A stretch of 64,000 nt of DNA from Dendrobates tinctorius (GCF_039654945.1 NW_027361695.1:9734001-9798000), one strand, 5' to 3'. Shown: positions 50,532-63,745, numbered from the stretch's first letter. Notes: a model not told the origin generated them from the letters alone. Numbers and translations are program-made.

Positions 50532-52144
50532 GTAATCAGTGTTTCTCGATTTGCCCCGCGTCTTCCTTTTTTTTTTTTTTTCTTGTTGCAATGAATGGAT
50601 GCATGAGTGAATGAATGACTTAATGAGCGGATTGTACTACCGGTAGGATTCCAAGGATCCTCTCTTCCGCCTTACAACCGCTACCCTATCAATATTTCTT
50701 TTTTTTTTACCGTATGCAGCGATAAGTTGTTGGGGAAGGGGGTTGGTTTTGGAAGGGAATAAGGAGCCCAAGTCATTTTGAGTCAAAACCACAGAGCAGC
50801 TTAGTCTAGTAGTTCTACATCTGTCGTTGAGCCAGCCATGTTTTTCATAGATTATACACAGCTGAATGTGGAAATGCTCGGTTGCTCCTTAGCATCTGTC
50901 TGGCAAGGCCTTTGCAGCAAAAATTAAAAAAATAAAATCTAAGGAAGATTTTGCCATCTAGAACGTTGAGATCCGCAGATCTGACGATCGGCCCTGCAGG
51001 GTCTTTTTATTTCTATATTTAGGAAATTAGATTTTTAGTGTGTTTTTGTTTCTTTGTTTTTAATGCCTTGTTGGCCACGGAGGGAGGGTGGAGGGGTGCA
51101 AATTTGCGTTTTGTTTTTTTTTAAATGAAGAGGCAGCTCAGCTGTAGAAAATGGAGATATAGAAAGAGATGCAAAAGGATGGCCTTTTGTGCAGGGTTCT
51201 TTTGTGATGACTTTACCCCCACCGCTTCACAGCAGAACACAAGCCGCCTTCAGTTAACTAACCATCGCCTGCAGAAACAGGTTCATTGGATACTATAGTA
51301 TAATGTCTCCGAACGCTTTCCCCGGAATACAGGGGATTCAAAATCTCTCAACTGGAAAAAAAAAGAGAAAAGCGGTTTTTTTATTTTTTACTATATGCAC
51401 CATTGTTTTGTGTTTTTTTTTTTTATCTGCAGGGAAGTTAACCCTTTCTAAAGCTCTCGAAATACAAAAATAAAAAAAAGACACTTGACAGATTTCCTGG
51501 TCTCAGTGAGGAAGTATAGCAAGTAGAGGGAGGGCTGTTAACCCTTTACTAACTGCATGCCTTGAAAAATCCGCCTTTGTAGTGCTAAAGCCCTATGGTT
51601 TTTTTTTTTGTTGTAAGGCTTCGCCTTCCCTTCTTGTATTTAACATGGCGTAATTTCTTAGGAATTTAGTCCTATTGTTAGAAATGAAAAGATGAGATCT
51701 AGAGAGGAATGTCTGAGGATGAAACAGACAAAATATTAGCATGACATAGAGGCCTGTGTAGAAGATCTCAGCCTCCAATGTGTTTCATGGTGAGCTGTGT
51801 GTTTTAATGTATGGAAATGTAAAAAAAAATTACTTTTTTCGGTTAGTTGTATAAAAAAAGTGTCATCGTTCCTATCAATATATTTGCTTGTATCAAAATG
51901 GATCGTTAGCAAGAATATCTTGTGCATTGGCTATTTGCATTTTTGCTCTAATTGTGTCTATCCATAGTACCTGTTGGAATTTTCAAACTTATGGGCCGAG
52001 ATTTCGAAATATATCAACGGTGCAACGTTTCCAAAATGGAAAAGATGTATATATTGTTTATAGGTTTTCTTCCTTTTTTTCATGTTCCGCCTTTGTGTCA
52101 TTTTTCTTTCTTTTTTTTTTTTTCAACCTCTACGTCTTTTTATA

Positions 52145-52510
52145 TTGTTTATTTTAGGCCTTAAGGCCTGTTTGTTTTATTTTCAGCTTGTAGAACCTTT
52201 TTGTGTTCTATTTTAGGCCTTTAGGTCTTTTTGTATTGATTAATTTTAGGCCTTTGAGTCTTTATTTTCTTTTAAGCTTTTCAAACCTTTTTGTTTTATT
52301 TTATGCATTTAGGTCTTTTTGGATTGTTTTACTTTAGGCCTTTTAGTTTTATTTTACTCTTTTAGGACTTTATTGTGTTTTTATTAGGACTTTAGATCTT
52401 TTAGTTTTATTTTACTCTTTTAGGACCTTTTTTGTCTTATTTTGGGCCTTTAGGTCCTCTTTGGAATGTTTTATTTTAGACCTTTAGGACCTTTTTTTGT
52501 TTTATTATAC
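52145..52510 (+). repeat. Degenerate T-rich ~30-bp minisatellite (TTTTATTTTAGGCCTTTAGG...)
   Basis: Recurrent TTTTAGGCCTTT/TTTAGGAC units. Confidence 0.75.
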
Positions 52511-54719
52511 ATTCCAAACACTTAATGTATTTATCAAGGCCCTTGAGCTGTAGTCTCTCACCAAAAAAGCACAATTTATAGACTTTTTCTGACTGTTGTA
52601 ATTAAACAGTTTTTTTTTTTAATGTTGAACTCGTTTACATAAAGAACAAAAAAACCCCTTCAAAACATTGAACATGGTTTCATCCGGAGGAAGCAGTTTT
52701 AACGTCAGGTGGTGAAGAAACTTACCCGGCATGCAATGCCTTGGAAGCATGTTGACATTCTGCCATGCAGCCTAGTAGACGGTAGACTTAACCCGATCCA
52801 CACAACCATCTGCTCCGGCTTCACGACTATTTTCAAACACGTGATCTATTTTTTTTTTTTTTTTTTAATTTGGAAGCTGTCAACAAGTTCCCCGCATTTT
52901 GCTTTTTTTTGTATTATGCCATTATGGTGTACAGAATCCAAATATTCACTCATAAATTTAGGTCAGCCCAAATGGAGCGAAGACCCTCGAAGGCTAAATA
53001 TTGACGCTTATTTTTGTGTTAATTTATGAGTCGCATTCTGGTAGCAGAAGGTTCATTATCTTCTCCCTGTCCAAACAATGACTCATAATCCTGGAATATC
53101 TAATTGGTGGTTCCTCTCCAGACACACGACAGAACTGTCGTATAATACCATGCCTGATACATTCTCTGTGGAAGATATGTACTGTCTTGATTTTAAGAAA
53201 TTTCCAGACCCATTTTATTGGGATTTACCTACAAGGAATTTAGGATTATTTTGATGTAGGCCACAACGTTCCTCATTCTAGATCCGTGACTCATCACAAG
53301 AGCTGAGATGGTTAATTGTTGGGTCTTAAATAAAAAAAAAGACCAATGTAACAATGTAAAAAAAAACGTGACCCATAAATTATTTTATAGCACTCATATT
53401 AATGTCCATTATAAATGGTGGTTCTTGTGTCATCCTTTCTGGAACGTGTTTATTGGTCTATTTTCTGTTTTGTATGAATCACATGATTCATGGTAAACTA
53501 GTTCTGAAAGTTTGAGAATCCGAGATTGCTGCTTCTGGATTTCTGACTCGATGTCTTGGGGGGGAAAACTTCTATCTGTGAGAAATCTAATGAAAATGAT
53601 TTTGTTTTTGTTGACGGCCATTTTGAACTTTCTACGGTTGGACATATTTGTGGATATCTGCTTATTATGTGGGGTAAGAAGTCATTGTCATTTTGTGAAT
53701 AATTTTGGGAAATGTGTAACGCAGATAGTCATTAGTGTTTGTGTCAGAAGAATATGGTAATGTGATATTAATCTTTTAGGAGTCTTGATTTTGACATTTG
53801 TACGACATTTCTTCATGGCAACGTACGTGTCCTTGATTGTGTTGGACTCCACATAAGGGTTGCCGGAGTAAGACAACTTTTGTCTTCTCTTTACTTGGTA
53901 ACTTTTAGGTCTCTAAGGGTTTGTTTCACGTGGACTTCGAAACATATCCGCTTTTAAAATCCACATTGAAAACTGCTTCAAATACTCTATAAACGCTCTT
54001 CTTCTTTTTCATTTGGAAATCTTTAACTTTTTAAAAGTTTTTTTTCTCCAACGAGGTTTTGAAAACATAATTGATCCCCCCAAAAGAATTGACTTGCCAA
54101 ATCAAAAGTCTGCAAAAAGCCAAGTGAAAGCTTCAAAAACATTCTCAAAACCAAGTTACAAAAACTTCCAGGGTATGTTGACACCTATTTTTTTTTTTTT
54201 TTTTTTTATGTAGATTTTTAAGCCGATCCGTTTCAACATCCACAGCAAAAAGTATTGGAAGCAAGTATTTTTTTTGTGACTTTTGATGCGGATCCGATTC
54301 ATTATCCAAATAAAAAAATCTGTGAACTTAATCTAAAAAACTGCCTCAGATCTGAAAACTTTGTTGTCCTGACATGGGTTTGGTTGATGTGTTCAATGAG
54401 CAACTTTTCATGTTTTTGGCAAAATTGTTGGGTGAAACAATGAGGGTCCAGTTTAGTTTGGGAAAGGTAAAGCTTTAAGGGAACAGTTTTGAGATTCATG
54501 CACATAGAGGGAGACCTGTCAGTCAAGGGGAGTGGGTGGGGATGAAGGGAATGGGAACCTGCCTCTTGGACTATTCCTACTAGAGGCACAGTTCCCGTCT
54601 GGCTTTTCAAAGTATGTTTTCTGTGAAATACCCTAGCTTGTCAGAGTAAAACCCACACGACTGCAATAATGCAACCAGTGGTTCGGGGGAACATGAATCT
54701 TACAACAGATTTCCTGTAA

Positions 54720-55118
54720 AAGGGTTGTCTGGTCTTTGAATACAAGTCTGCAGTCACTCAGTGTGACTGCAGATTTGTGAATCCTCACAATGCGCGCCAT
54801 GAGGATTCTCTGGAGCCAACACCAGGAGTGGGCGGTTATATAACCGCATGTTTGTGATTTACATACTTCCAGTCATATTCTGACTAGACGTGTATAACCT
54901 CGCTCAATATGCTTGCACTGAACGAGGCCGCGCACATCTAGTCGACATGTGACTGCATGTATGAAAATCATATACCGTTCTTGCAGTCACTTGCCCGCCG
55001 CTCCCAGCTCCGGCACTGGAGAATCCTCACCGAGTGCAGTGGGTGTACTGTGAGGATTCATAAGTTTGCAGTCACATAGACAACAAGTCTGTAGTCACTC
55101 TAAGGCCCGACAACCCCT
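54720..55118. mobile_element. Palindromic T2/Kolobok-type MITE
   Basis: GTAA|AAGGGTTGTC...GACAACCCCT|TTAA; internal inverted arms (GAATCCTCAC/GTGAGGATTC, GACTAGA/TCTAGTC). Confidence 0.8.
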
Positions 55119-56088
55119 TTAAAGCAAAAAGATGAAGATTAGCAGGAAAGGATTCACCTCCAACAACTACTGGTGTAGTTGGCATTTTTTGAGGACCTTC
55201 TGGTTTTTATGGTTTTAGCAAAACATGTGAGAGTTAGAAAAGCTAGAGGACCGGTATTCTTCCCCTCCACCACGGCATGGTGACCAGTGAGGACTGGGCA
55301 CATTAGGCAACTACCTGAACTCTTTAGAACTTTTTTTTATCATTCGTGAAAAATGATGATATTGTAATGTTTTGAGATTGCACTTCTATTTTATTCAGAT
55401 TACAGATTGCAGCATTGACTTATTGATCGTCTGCCAACATTTATTTGACATTATATGGTGTCAGCACAGAAACAGATCTTTTGACTTGCTAATTTAAGAT
55501 GTAAAGCTTCTTTGCCAAGAGGCATGTTGTGTATGTTTCTATGTAATACAGTAAATCTTCAGATTATGCAAATAGCTGGCTGCCTATTAAGTGCCTATTT
55601 AGCTCCTGTCACATCCCCCTTTAGGCTCTTTTACACTGCTGAATTCATTAGTAGACCTGTGTGTGTGTGTATGTGTGTGTGGGGGGGTGTTTTGGTATTT
55701 TATAGGTTCCGTCCTGTAAGTAAAGCCAGAAGTAGCGTACACATTGTTTTTTTGCGATTTTTACGTTTTGTATCCCTATTGATTAGTCATACTTACTATT
55801 TATCGAACCTTTTACTTTGAATCTGTTCTGACGAAGTGGCCTCATTGATCTATAGATGCACAAATTAACATTTTAATTCTTGAAATGTGTTACGTAGAGG
55901 ATCACTGATTTTCATAAGGTGGTGGGAACCTCCAGAAGTGCCGATAAGGTCTAAGCCCTTTTAGAGAATGTAAGGACCCCCCTTGTTTTGGATTCTCTTT
56001 TTCTTACGTCTCTTACTGAAAGGGAAATTCTACCTAAATGTCAAAAGACAAGATATTTTTAAGATACTCAAGGTCTAAATCTCATTAA

Positions 56089-56490
56089 AGAGAACCTGTC
56101 ACCAGATCAAAAGTTACCAGTTTAGGCTCCTATTTTATTCCCGCAGTTCTCCTGAAAGTTCTGTTTTTGTTGTTGTTTTTTTTTTTATCCACCATACGGT
56201 TCTAGAGATATGGGCCTTGTTGTTTCATACTATTTTATCAGGTCTTTAGAGAGGGGCGTGACTCTCAGGATCCTCAGGGGCGTGTCTTTAGGACACTATA
56301 ATTACCTTGTGAGCCACACCCCCTTAGTAAAACCATAAATCTTTGCAATAAAAAAAACAACATCTCTCTAGAACCGTACACCGGATTTGAAAAAAAAAAA
56401 AAATAGACAAAAAACGGAATATTCAGGGGGAACAAGGGGAATACGATGGGGGCAAAAGTTGACCACGTTTCATCTGTTGACAAATAATGT
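56089..56490. mobile_element. Palindromic T2/Kolobok-type MITE
   Basis: TTAA|AGAGAACCTGTCACCAGAT start; inverted arms TACGGTTCTAGAGAT / TCTCTAGAACCGTA; right terminus decayed. Confidence 0.65.
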
Positions 56491-57416
56491 CTATAATGAG
56501 CAAATGTGCAACGAGCAAATAATCAGTATTAATTTATTCTTCTGAAATTGACCTCATCTTTTATGATGGCATAAAAAAATGTTGTGGCAGCTCATCCACT
56601 TGTTAAAAGCCGCTAAAAAGATGAGCGATCTGACGAGCAATCACAGATACAAAAAAAGGATAGGTTATATAAAAATCCATGGCTTGTATGATGTATCAGT
56701 GCTTGTTCAATTAAATTATCTTCCAATCACAAATGACCCTTCGGTTGTGTTCACACAGAGGTTTCTGTGGTGTTACAAAACAACAAGTTTTTCAGACTGA
56801 AACCGCTCTGGGAAATGCTCCTGTTCTGCAGAGTTTTTGAAAAAGTTTTTAGTTTCCTGAAGTTTTAGAAGATTTTTTTTTTTCATTAGTCTTTTTTTTT
56901 TTTTTTTTTGCAGCCTTTTGATTTCAATGTTAGTTTGGTGTGGATTACAATAAGATCTGTTTCAAGGAAGTGACATAAACACACCAAAAACTCATGTGAT
57001 TTAGCAATGTGGATTTTCCTTGAAAATGAATGTGTGTGTGTGTGTACACGCTGCGCCTTTTTAATGCAAATTCCGTCCCAAATCTGCCTGAAAAAACACT
57101 GCAAGACTGCTGCAAAAATGTATATAACGCGCAGTAATGTAAAAACAGCATGCTGTGCAGATGTTCAGTCTTTTGCTTCTTTTTTTTTAAATCATTTCAG
57201 GGTTCAGAAATTGTGAAGCGGTTAAAAGAAACAGCGTGTCCATTCTTCCCTAATTATAGTTTAAATTATATAAAAAAGATGCCGGCGCAAAAGCGACAGC
57301 AACACCGGAAGGTGACGCCTCTTCAGGAAACATGACTGTTGGCTTTTTCCTGAAACGGCTTTGCCTATGAAAACCTTGATGGGTCTGCCGACACGCTGTG
57401 TATGTACGTACTCTTA

Positions 57417-58115
57417 GACTGTGTGCACATGGAGTTTTTTTTCACAAAGATTTTGAGTGGAAACTGAGCAGAATCTCTCCAAATCCCTCTCTAAATTTCA
57501 AATCTTCTAAAACAAAAAGCTTTGAGTTTCCACTCAGTTTCTGCCCCGAAAGTTCAACAAAATGACTCTGTGTTGACCCCAAAATGTATTTTAAGGCTTT
57601 GTACACACTTTGTTTTTTTAGGAGTTTTTGGAGAGTTTCTTCTCAATTTTCTGCTCAGAAAACTCAGCATTCATCAAAGCTTTTATGGCAAAAAAGTATC
57701 GTAAACCCTTTAAAAAGTCACAAAATTTTGACGCAAATTAGAGTAGCACAAAAACTTTGCCTCTGGCGTTTTCACACCCGTTTCTCCCAACTCTGTCAAA
57801 ATGGTCATAGCTGGGGCGCGACGTTGGCATGACGCCACAACTCTTATTTCATGACAAGCCGTGGTGTTCACTCCTCTAGAAATCTCATGATTTCTGGAAT
57901 GGCGCTCGGAGGCGTGCCACTTGTCAGACGCTTCTGGCTCATAAAGAGGCGAGTACGTCTTCATGAATCAGGAGCGTTTGACTCCACCACGACCACCTTA
58001 TAAAGACCGTCGAGAAAATAACCGGTCGTGATGAACCTGGGCCTTTTTTGTGCGGATAGACTTTAAGTAGTTTTTGGAAAGGATCAGCTCTAAAAAACTC
58101 CATGTGAACATAGCC
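57417..58115. mobile_element. Composite PIF/Harbinger MITE containing a copy (~57663-58043) of the 684-1028 family
   Basis: TTA|GACTGTGTGCACATGGAGTTTTT...AAAAACTCCATGTGAACATAGCC. The inner segment ATTCATCAAAGCTTTTA..AAAAGTCACAAAATTTTG..GATGAACCTGGGCC matches 684-1028. Confidence 0.7.
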
Positions 58116-58399
58116 TTTGGATCTTGTTCTCTCAAAATTTCTAATCATACACTGATCTATTTTCTACATGTGCTGGTATATGATAATCATTAAAAGCAGT
58201 AGTTCACATTTATTATCAAGCAGTTTACTCCTTTTTGTTACATAAACGAAGTGTTAAAAAATTGCAAATTGAGCAAAAAAATTTGCTCATCGGAAGTTTA
58301 GATTTAATTTTCTGATTTTAGTACAGTCTAAAAATTATCCACATTTATTATGTGTTTTGTGCCCTTTAATAAATATGCCCCAATCATTACTTCATTTTT

Positions 58400-58830
58400 G
58401 AATTGTTGATTATTATCTTTGGTGTCATGAATGATATTCAATGTCTTATTCTCAAGACATCGACTTTTTTTCTGAATATGTAAATAAGCTGTTAGTATCT
58501 GGGCCGGACATAGATGTCCCAGATAATCTGCCTCCAGAGTTTATTCTGGGGGCGTCAACAGTGTGAGACATGTAGATCAAGAGAGCATACTGTCAGTCAC
58601 TACATGTCTCACACTGGTAACCCCCCTATAATTTAAAATAATCTTTGTAGGCAGACTCTTGGGGAGATCTATGTCCGGCCCATAGATCTTAACAGCTCAT
58701 TTACATATTAAGAAAAATTTGGATTTTTGGGAAATAAGAAATGAGGTCGCAGATATCAAGGTATCATTTTAGTCACATTTCTATAATTTACATGCCCATT
58801 TAGACGGCTTAGGAGGGTTGATCCCTTTAA
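58400..58830. mobile_element. Palindromic T2/Kolobok-type MITE
   Basis: GGGCCGGACATAGAT pairs with ATCTATGTCCGGCCC; GTGTGAGACATGTAG pairs with CTACATGTCTCACAC; right end ATCCCT|TTAA. Confidence 0.7.
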
Positions 58831-60445
58831 ATATATTTTTAGTACTTTACACTTATGCGGCTGCAATAGACAGTAGATGAAAATTAATGTGGTATTTTAT
58901 GCTTCAACAATCCCTTTAAAAAATAAATTATGGGGTGCATGACCCTAGTCTCTGCTGATTGGAGGAAAGCTAGGAAGAACGTAATCGGGGTCTTACATTA
59001 GACTCCGAAACGGACCACCCCTAAAATATTTTGTGCTTTGCACCAGTTCCCGCTATGTAGTTCCTCTAGGGGAGTCTTGCACAAGTTTTTAGCGGAGGGA
59101 GGGGGATCCAAACAAAAATAGGTCTCCTTTCTCTAAGGGTCCCATTCATTACCGTTATGCCCTTGATATTAACTGATATTATATTTTAGGTCTAATCTGT
59201 AATGGACACAATTATCCCACAACCGTCATTCTGGGAGTCCTAGCTGATTGATCTCCTGGCATATTGGAATAATTCACGAGAGGTAGTTAAAAGTGGAATC
59301 CCCCTTTAAATGGGATTCTTTCATTTTGTCTGGATGTAAATGTAGAGGTCCCGTATTAGTTGGCTTGTCCAGTCTCCTTACCGATCCCGTACCAGTCTCA
59401 TTCCGATGCTTTCCGGGATCCCTTTCAGTCTCTGTAGTCCCTGCTCAACCATTGGCCAACACGCATCATTCCGGATGGATAAAGAGGTACAGAGCCGGCC
59501 CCTGAACTCTCTGATTGGTCCACAAAGACATGTGACTGCTGCAGCTAGTCAGTGATTGGCTGCACCAGTCACCTGTCTGTCCAGGTAAACTATTGGAGGA
59601 CTTGGGAGGCGGGGCTAATGGGAACAGCAAGGGATCGGTAAAGGGTAATTTTACTTATTTTACCATATACATTGCAGTGAGCTAAAGCACTAAGATGTTA
59701 TATACGGGCATGATGCACATAAAGAGTTACTAAACACTTCAGAGGCGTAAGTTGCCGAAAGTTTGATTGTGGCCACTTGTACAATTAGTGATGTAGCGCG
59801 CCAAGCACTTACACTGTTTTCTGCCATTACATTTTTTGAGATTACCTCTGGAAGGCATTTTACTCAAGAGCCAAATTAATAAGCATAAAATTAGCGTGTA
59901 CACTTAGCAGGACCGCTCCACTCCTCGAAGAAATCCAGGACTTCAAGCCGAGGTGAAAAGTGGCTTATAATCACCTGTGGTTCGGTGACTTCAGACTCCG
60001 CGTAATGAATGGGAAATGCTGATAAAAGCCTCCAGACAGGAAGGTTGTGGTGTAACAATTACTTACTGGACAGGATTTGCATCCTGGCCAAATATATCGG
60101 CAAAACATTTATTATTTATTATCTAATTATTATTTAATTATATTTTGGAATTTTGGACGGATGTCTGCCCGGAACGGTTTAATAGTAGGGTATGTGCAAC
60201 AAGGAAATCGGAACCCCCTCCACTCGCCATTTTTTCTCAGCCTGTACTTTACACTAAATTTACCATGAACAGCCAACCAAATACTGCCATATAGTGCCAA
60301 GATAATACTGCCGTATACAGCCCACATAATGACACTATATAGCACGGAGCAGAGGCGTAGCTAGGGTTTCAGCTCAATGGGGGGGTGAAACGTTTCAGTG
60401 GACCCCCTAACTGGTAAATTGATTACAGCTATGGTGGGTATAGGG

Positions 60446-60640
60446 CAGTGTTTCCCAAACTGTGGTCCTCAGGGCCTTCAGCAGATCATGTTATCAGCAT
60501 CTCCTTAGGATTGGACAGGCATGAGAGACACTGGCAATTTGTGATATCTTGATAATAATTCTATTACCTATTCAATAGTAAAGAAATCCTGAAAACATGA
60601 CGTGTTGGAGGCCCTGAGGACTGGAATTTGGGAAACACAG
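60446..60640. mobile_element. Charlie-type hAT MITE (nested)
   Basis: TIRs CAGTGTTTCCCAAA / TTTGGGAAACACAG; perfect 8-bp TSD GTATAGGG. Confidence 0.9.
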
Positions 60641-60687
60641 GTATAGGGGAACCTCAACAGATGACCCTGCTGTAACTAAAAAAAAAT

Positions 60688-60942
60688 CTCTACACAAAGA
60701 CCATCACTGATATTACCGCCACATAGTGACCATATAGTATTAGATATCAATCCTACACAAAGACCATCACTGATATTACAGCCACATAGTGACCATATAG
60801 TAGTAGATATGAATCCTACACAAAGACAATCACTGATATTACCGCCACATAGTGACCATATAGTAGTAGATACCAATCCTACACAAAGACCATGACTGAT
60901 ATTACCGCAATATAGTGACCATATAGTAGTAGATATCAAACC
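60688..60942 (+). repeat. 63-bp tandem repeat, 4 copies
   Basis: CTACACAAAGACCATCACTGATATTACCGCCACATAGTGACCATATAGTAGTAGATATCAATC units. Confidence 0.9.
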
Positions 60943-61458
60943 TGCAGAACATATCAGAGATGACAGTGAAGTTGCAGATGGTGACTTACAGTTGACGTTC
61001 TTTATGATGGAGTCATTCATTTTTCCTGTATTTTCCATCTGGCCCAGACCGACACGATGACTTCTCCAGCCAGGACTCTGCTGCAGAGACTACAACAAAG
61101 ACACATTTCACGTCTCACATTTCCAGCACTGTCCCCATCAATGCCAACCTGCACAAACCCCTCATTCTGCTGATACCCCAATATTGAGCGCTGCCTTATC
61201 TGTCCCTATTACTGCACCTACTGTGTGGTATAATAATGGCTCTTCTTACTGCCCCACATAGTAATGCCCCCACTGTGCCCCTTACATAGTAAAATGTCTC
61301 CTTTGTGCCCTCACAGTAGCCCCAACACTATATAATAGCCCTTACATTTGGCCCCACATTGTATAATGGCCCCCAGAGTAGTCACCACAGTTAAGGATGG
61401 CAACCCCACAATAGCAACCGCACTGTATAAAGGCCCGCACAGTGTGTGATGGCCCTTA

Positions 61459-62002
61459 GGGCCCCGTCACACATAGCGACGCACCAGCGATCCCTACAAC
61501 GATATTACCTTGTCAGGATCACTGGTGTGTCGCTACATGATCGCTGGTGAGCTGCCAAAAAGGTCGCTTAGTTACCCACTGTGTACCTTAGTTACCAGCG
61601 TGCTGGTGCAGGGCGCTGGTATCCAAGGTGCACATCGGGTTTCTAAGCAGCACGCGTCACTTAGAAACCCGATGTGTACCTTGGTTACCAGCTCCCTGCA
61701 CCAGCGCGCTGGTAACTAAGGTACACACCGGGTTTTTAAGCACTGCGCGCCGCTTAGAAACCCGATGTTTACCTTAGTTACCAGCGGCAGATCGCTGGTC
61801 TCCCGCTTGTCACACGCAGCGATGCGTGCTGACCAGCGGGAGACCAGCGCTCAAAAAAATGTCCTGGCCATTCCAGGACGATCAGCGATACCCGGCAGGG
61901 GGGCCGGTCGCTGGTAAGTGTCACACACAGCGATCTCGCTGGTGAGATCGCTGTTGCGTCACAAAAATTGTGACTCATGTGACGCTATGTGTGACGGGGG
62001 CT
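61459..62002. mobile_element. PIF/Harbinger-type MITE (nested) with an internal array of alternating hairpins
   Basis: TTA|GGGCCCCGTCACACATAGCG...CGCTATGTGTGACGGGGGCT|TTA; internal TAGAAACCCGATGTGTACCTTRGTTACCAG modules in both orientations. Confidence 0.88.
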
Positions 62003-63034
62003 TTACAGTAGCCTTCAAACTGTATAAAGGCCCCCGCTTTAGCTCCCACACTGTATAAGGGCCCTCCATAGTAGTCATTACAATGTATGAGGGGTCCCCC
62101 ATACTTTATGATGCCCCCACATTTTATTTGCACGTTTTAACTACGATAAAAAACCTCATATACTCCCCTCCAGTATCCTGACGAGTCTTCACCGCGAAGT
62201 GCGGGTAGACCAATGCACGGTCATCGCACGCACAGGACATCAGAGTCCCGGTACAGCATGATGACGTCACTGCGCTGGGACTCTGAAGTCCTGTATGCTT
62301 ACACCGGCTCATCTCCTGCTGTTCTGTAAATCGCAGGCTTAAAGCGTCCTGCGGTGTACAAAACATAGAGTGGTCATGATACAGTTAGTGCTTAACTGCA
62401 TCCGCTCTCTGCACACTGATACAGCCAACAGTAGGGTAGCTGCGAGTGGGCCCCTCTGAACACGGTTCCTGGGGTGACCGCACTCTCTGCCCCTACGATA
62501 GCTATGCTACTGGCATCGAGATATTACTGCCAAACACGGCACACACAATGTCGCAATATAGTGCCAAGATAGTATTGTCATATACAGCACACATAATACC
62601 GTCATATACAGATGATGTAATACCGCTACATAGTGACAATACAATACTTCTATTTACATCCCAATGAATATCTAGGCATTATGTATCCGTATTATGTCAG
62701 CTGTATATGACAGTTTTATCTTGTTTCTTGGTGGTATTATGTGGACTGTATATAGCAGTATTGCGTGTACTGTATATGGCAATATTATCTAGGCAGTATA
62801 TGGCCGTATTATGTGGGCTGCTTGTAGGAGTATTATCTAGGCACAATATGGCAATAATACTGCCATATATCCCCTATAGTGCCAAGATAATACTGTTGTA
62901 TATACCTGACATTAGTCAGGTATATAGCCATCTAGTGCCTAAATAATGCTGTCGCATATAGCCCACATAATACTGCCATAAATTGACCATATAATGCTGC
63001 CATACCCATCCCACATAATCACATAATATCTATG

Positions 63035-63745
63035 GCACACTTGTCAAACTCTATCCCATGGACCAAACCTGGCCCACAAGGTGATTATATTTGGCCCGCG
63101 ATTATGGCACTGCTCTCCTTATTATATTGTATGGAGGATTGTGTGGGGCCATTATGCTGTATAGAGGACTAAGTGGGCTCATTATACTATATGGAGGACT
63201 ATGTGGGACCCATTATACTGTATGGGGGACTATGTGGGCTCATTATACTATATGGAGGACTATGTGGGCTCATTATACTATATGGAGGACTACGTGGGCT
63301 CATTTTACTATATGGAGGACTATGTGAGTCCTATTATTCTGTATGGAGGACTATGTGAGGCCTATTATAGTTATGTGGAAAACTATGTGGAGACTATTAT
63401 TCTGTATGGAGGACTATGTGGTACCCGTTATTCTCTATGGAGGAATATGTAGGGCCTGTTATACTGTATGAAGGACTATGTGGTTACCGTTATACTGTAT
63501 GGAAGACTATATGAGGCCCATAATACTATATGGAAGACTATATGGGGCCCGTGATACTATATGGAAGACTATATGGGGCCCGTAATACTATATAGGGCCC
63601 ATAATACTATATGAAAGACTATATGGGGCCCATAATACTATATGGAAGACTATATAGGGCCCATAATACTATATGGAAGACTATATGGGGCCCATAATAC
63701 TATATGGAGGACTACGAGGGGCCCATTATACTGTGTGGAGGGTTG
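63035..63745 (+). repeat. 30-bp minisatellite (CCCATTATACTRTATGGAGGACTATGTGGG) behind a decayed hAT-like terminus
   Basis: About 20 tandem units at 63120-63740; TGTCAAACTC...TGGCCCAC/TGGCCCGC at 63042-63100 resembles a Charlie-type end. Confidence 0.8.

Larger units (their letters stand above)
60350..62512. mobile_element. Large non-autonomous hAT element hosting tandem repeats and two nested transposons
   Basis: TIRs CAGAGGCGTAGCTA / TAGCTATGCTACTG; 8-bp flanks GCACGGAG / GCATCGAG (6 of 8 match). It interrupts an older ATACTGCCATATAGTGCCAAGAT repeat region (60270-60349 and 62513-63030). Confidence 0.8.

Noticed and set aside
60676-63452. ORFs with 21-aa and 10-aa repeats
   Set aside because: Arise from the 63-bp and 30-bp tandem repeats, whose unit lengths are multiples of three.
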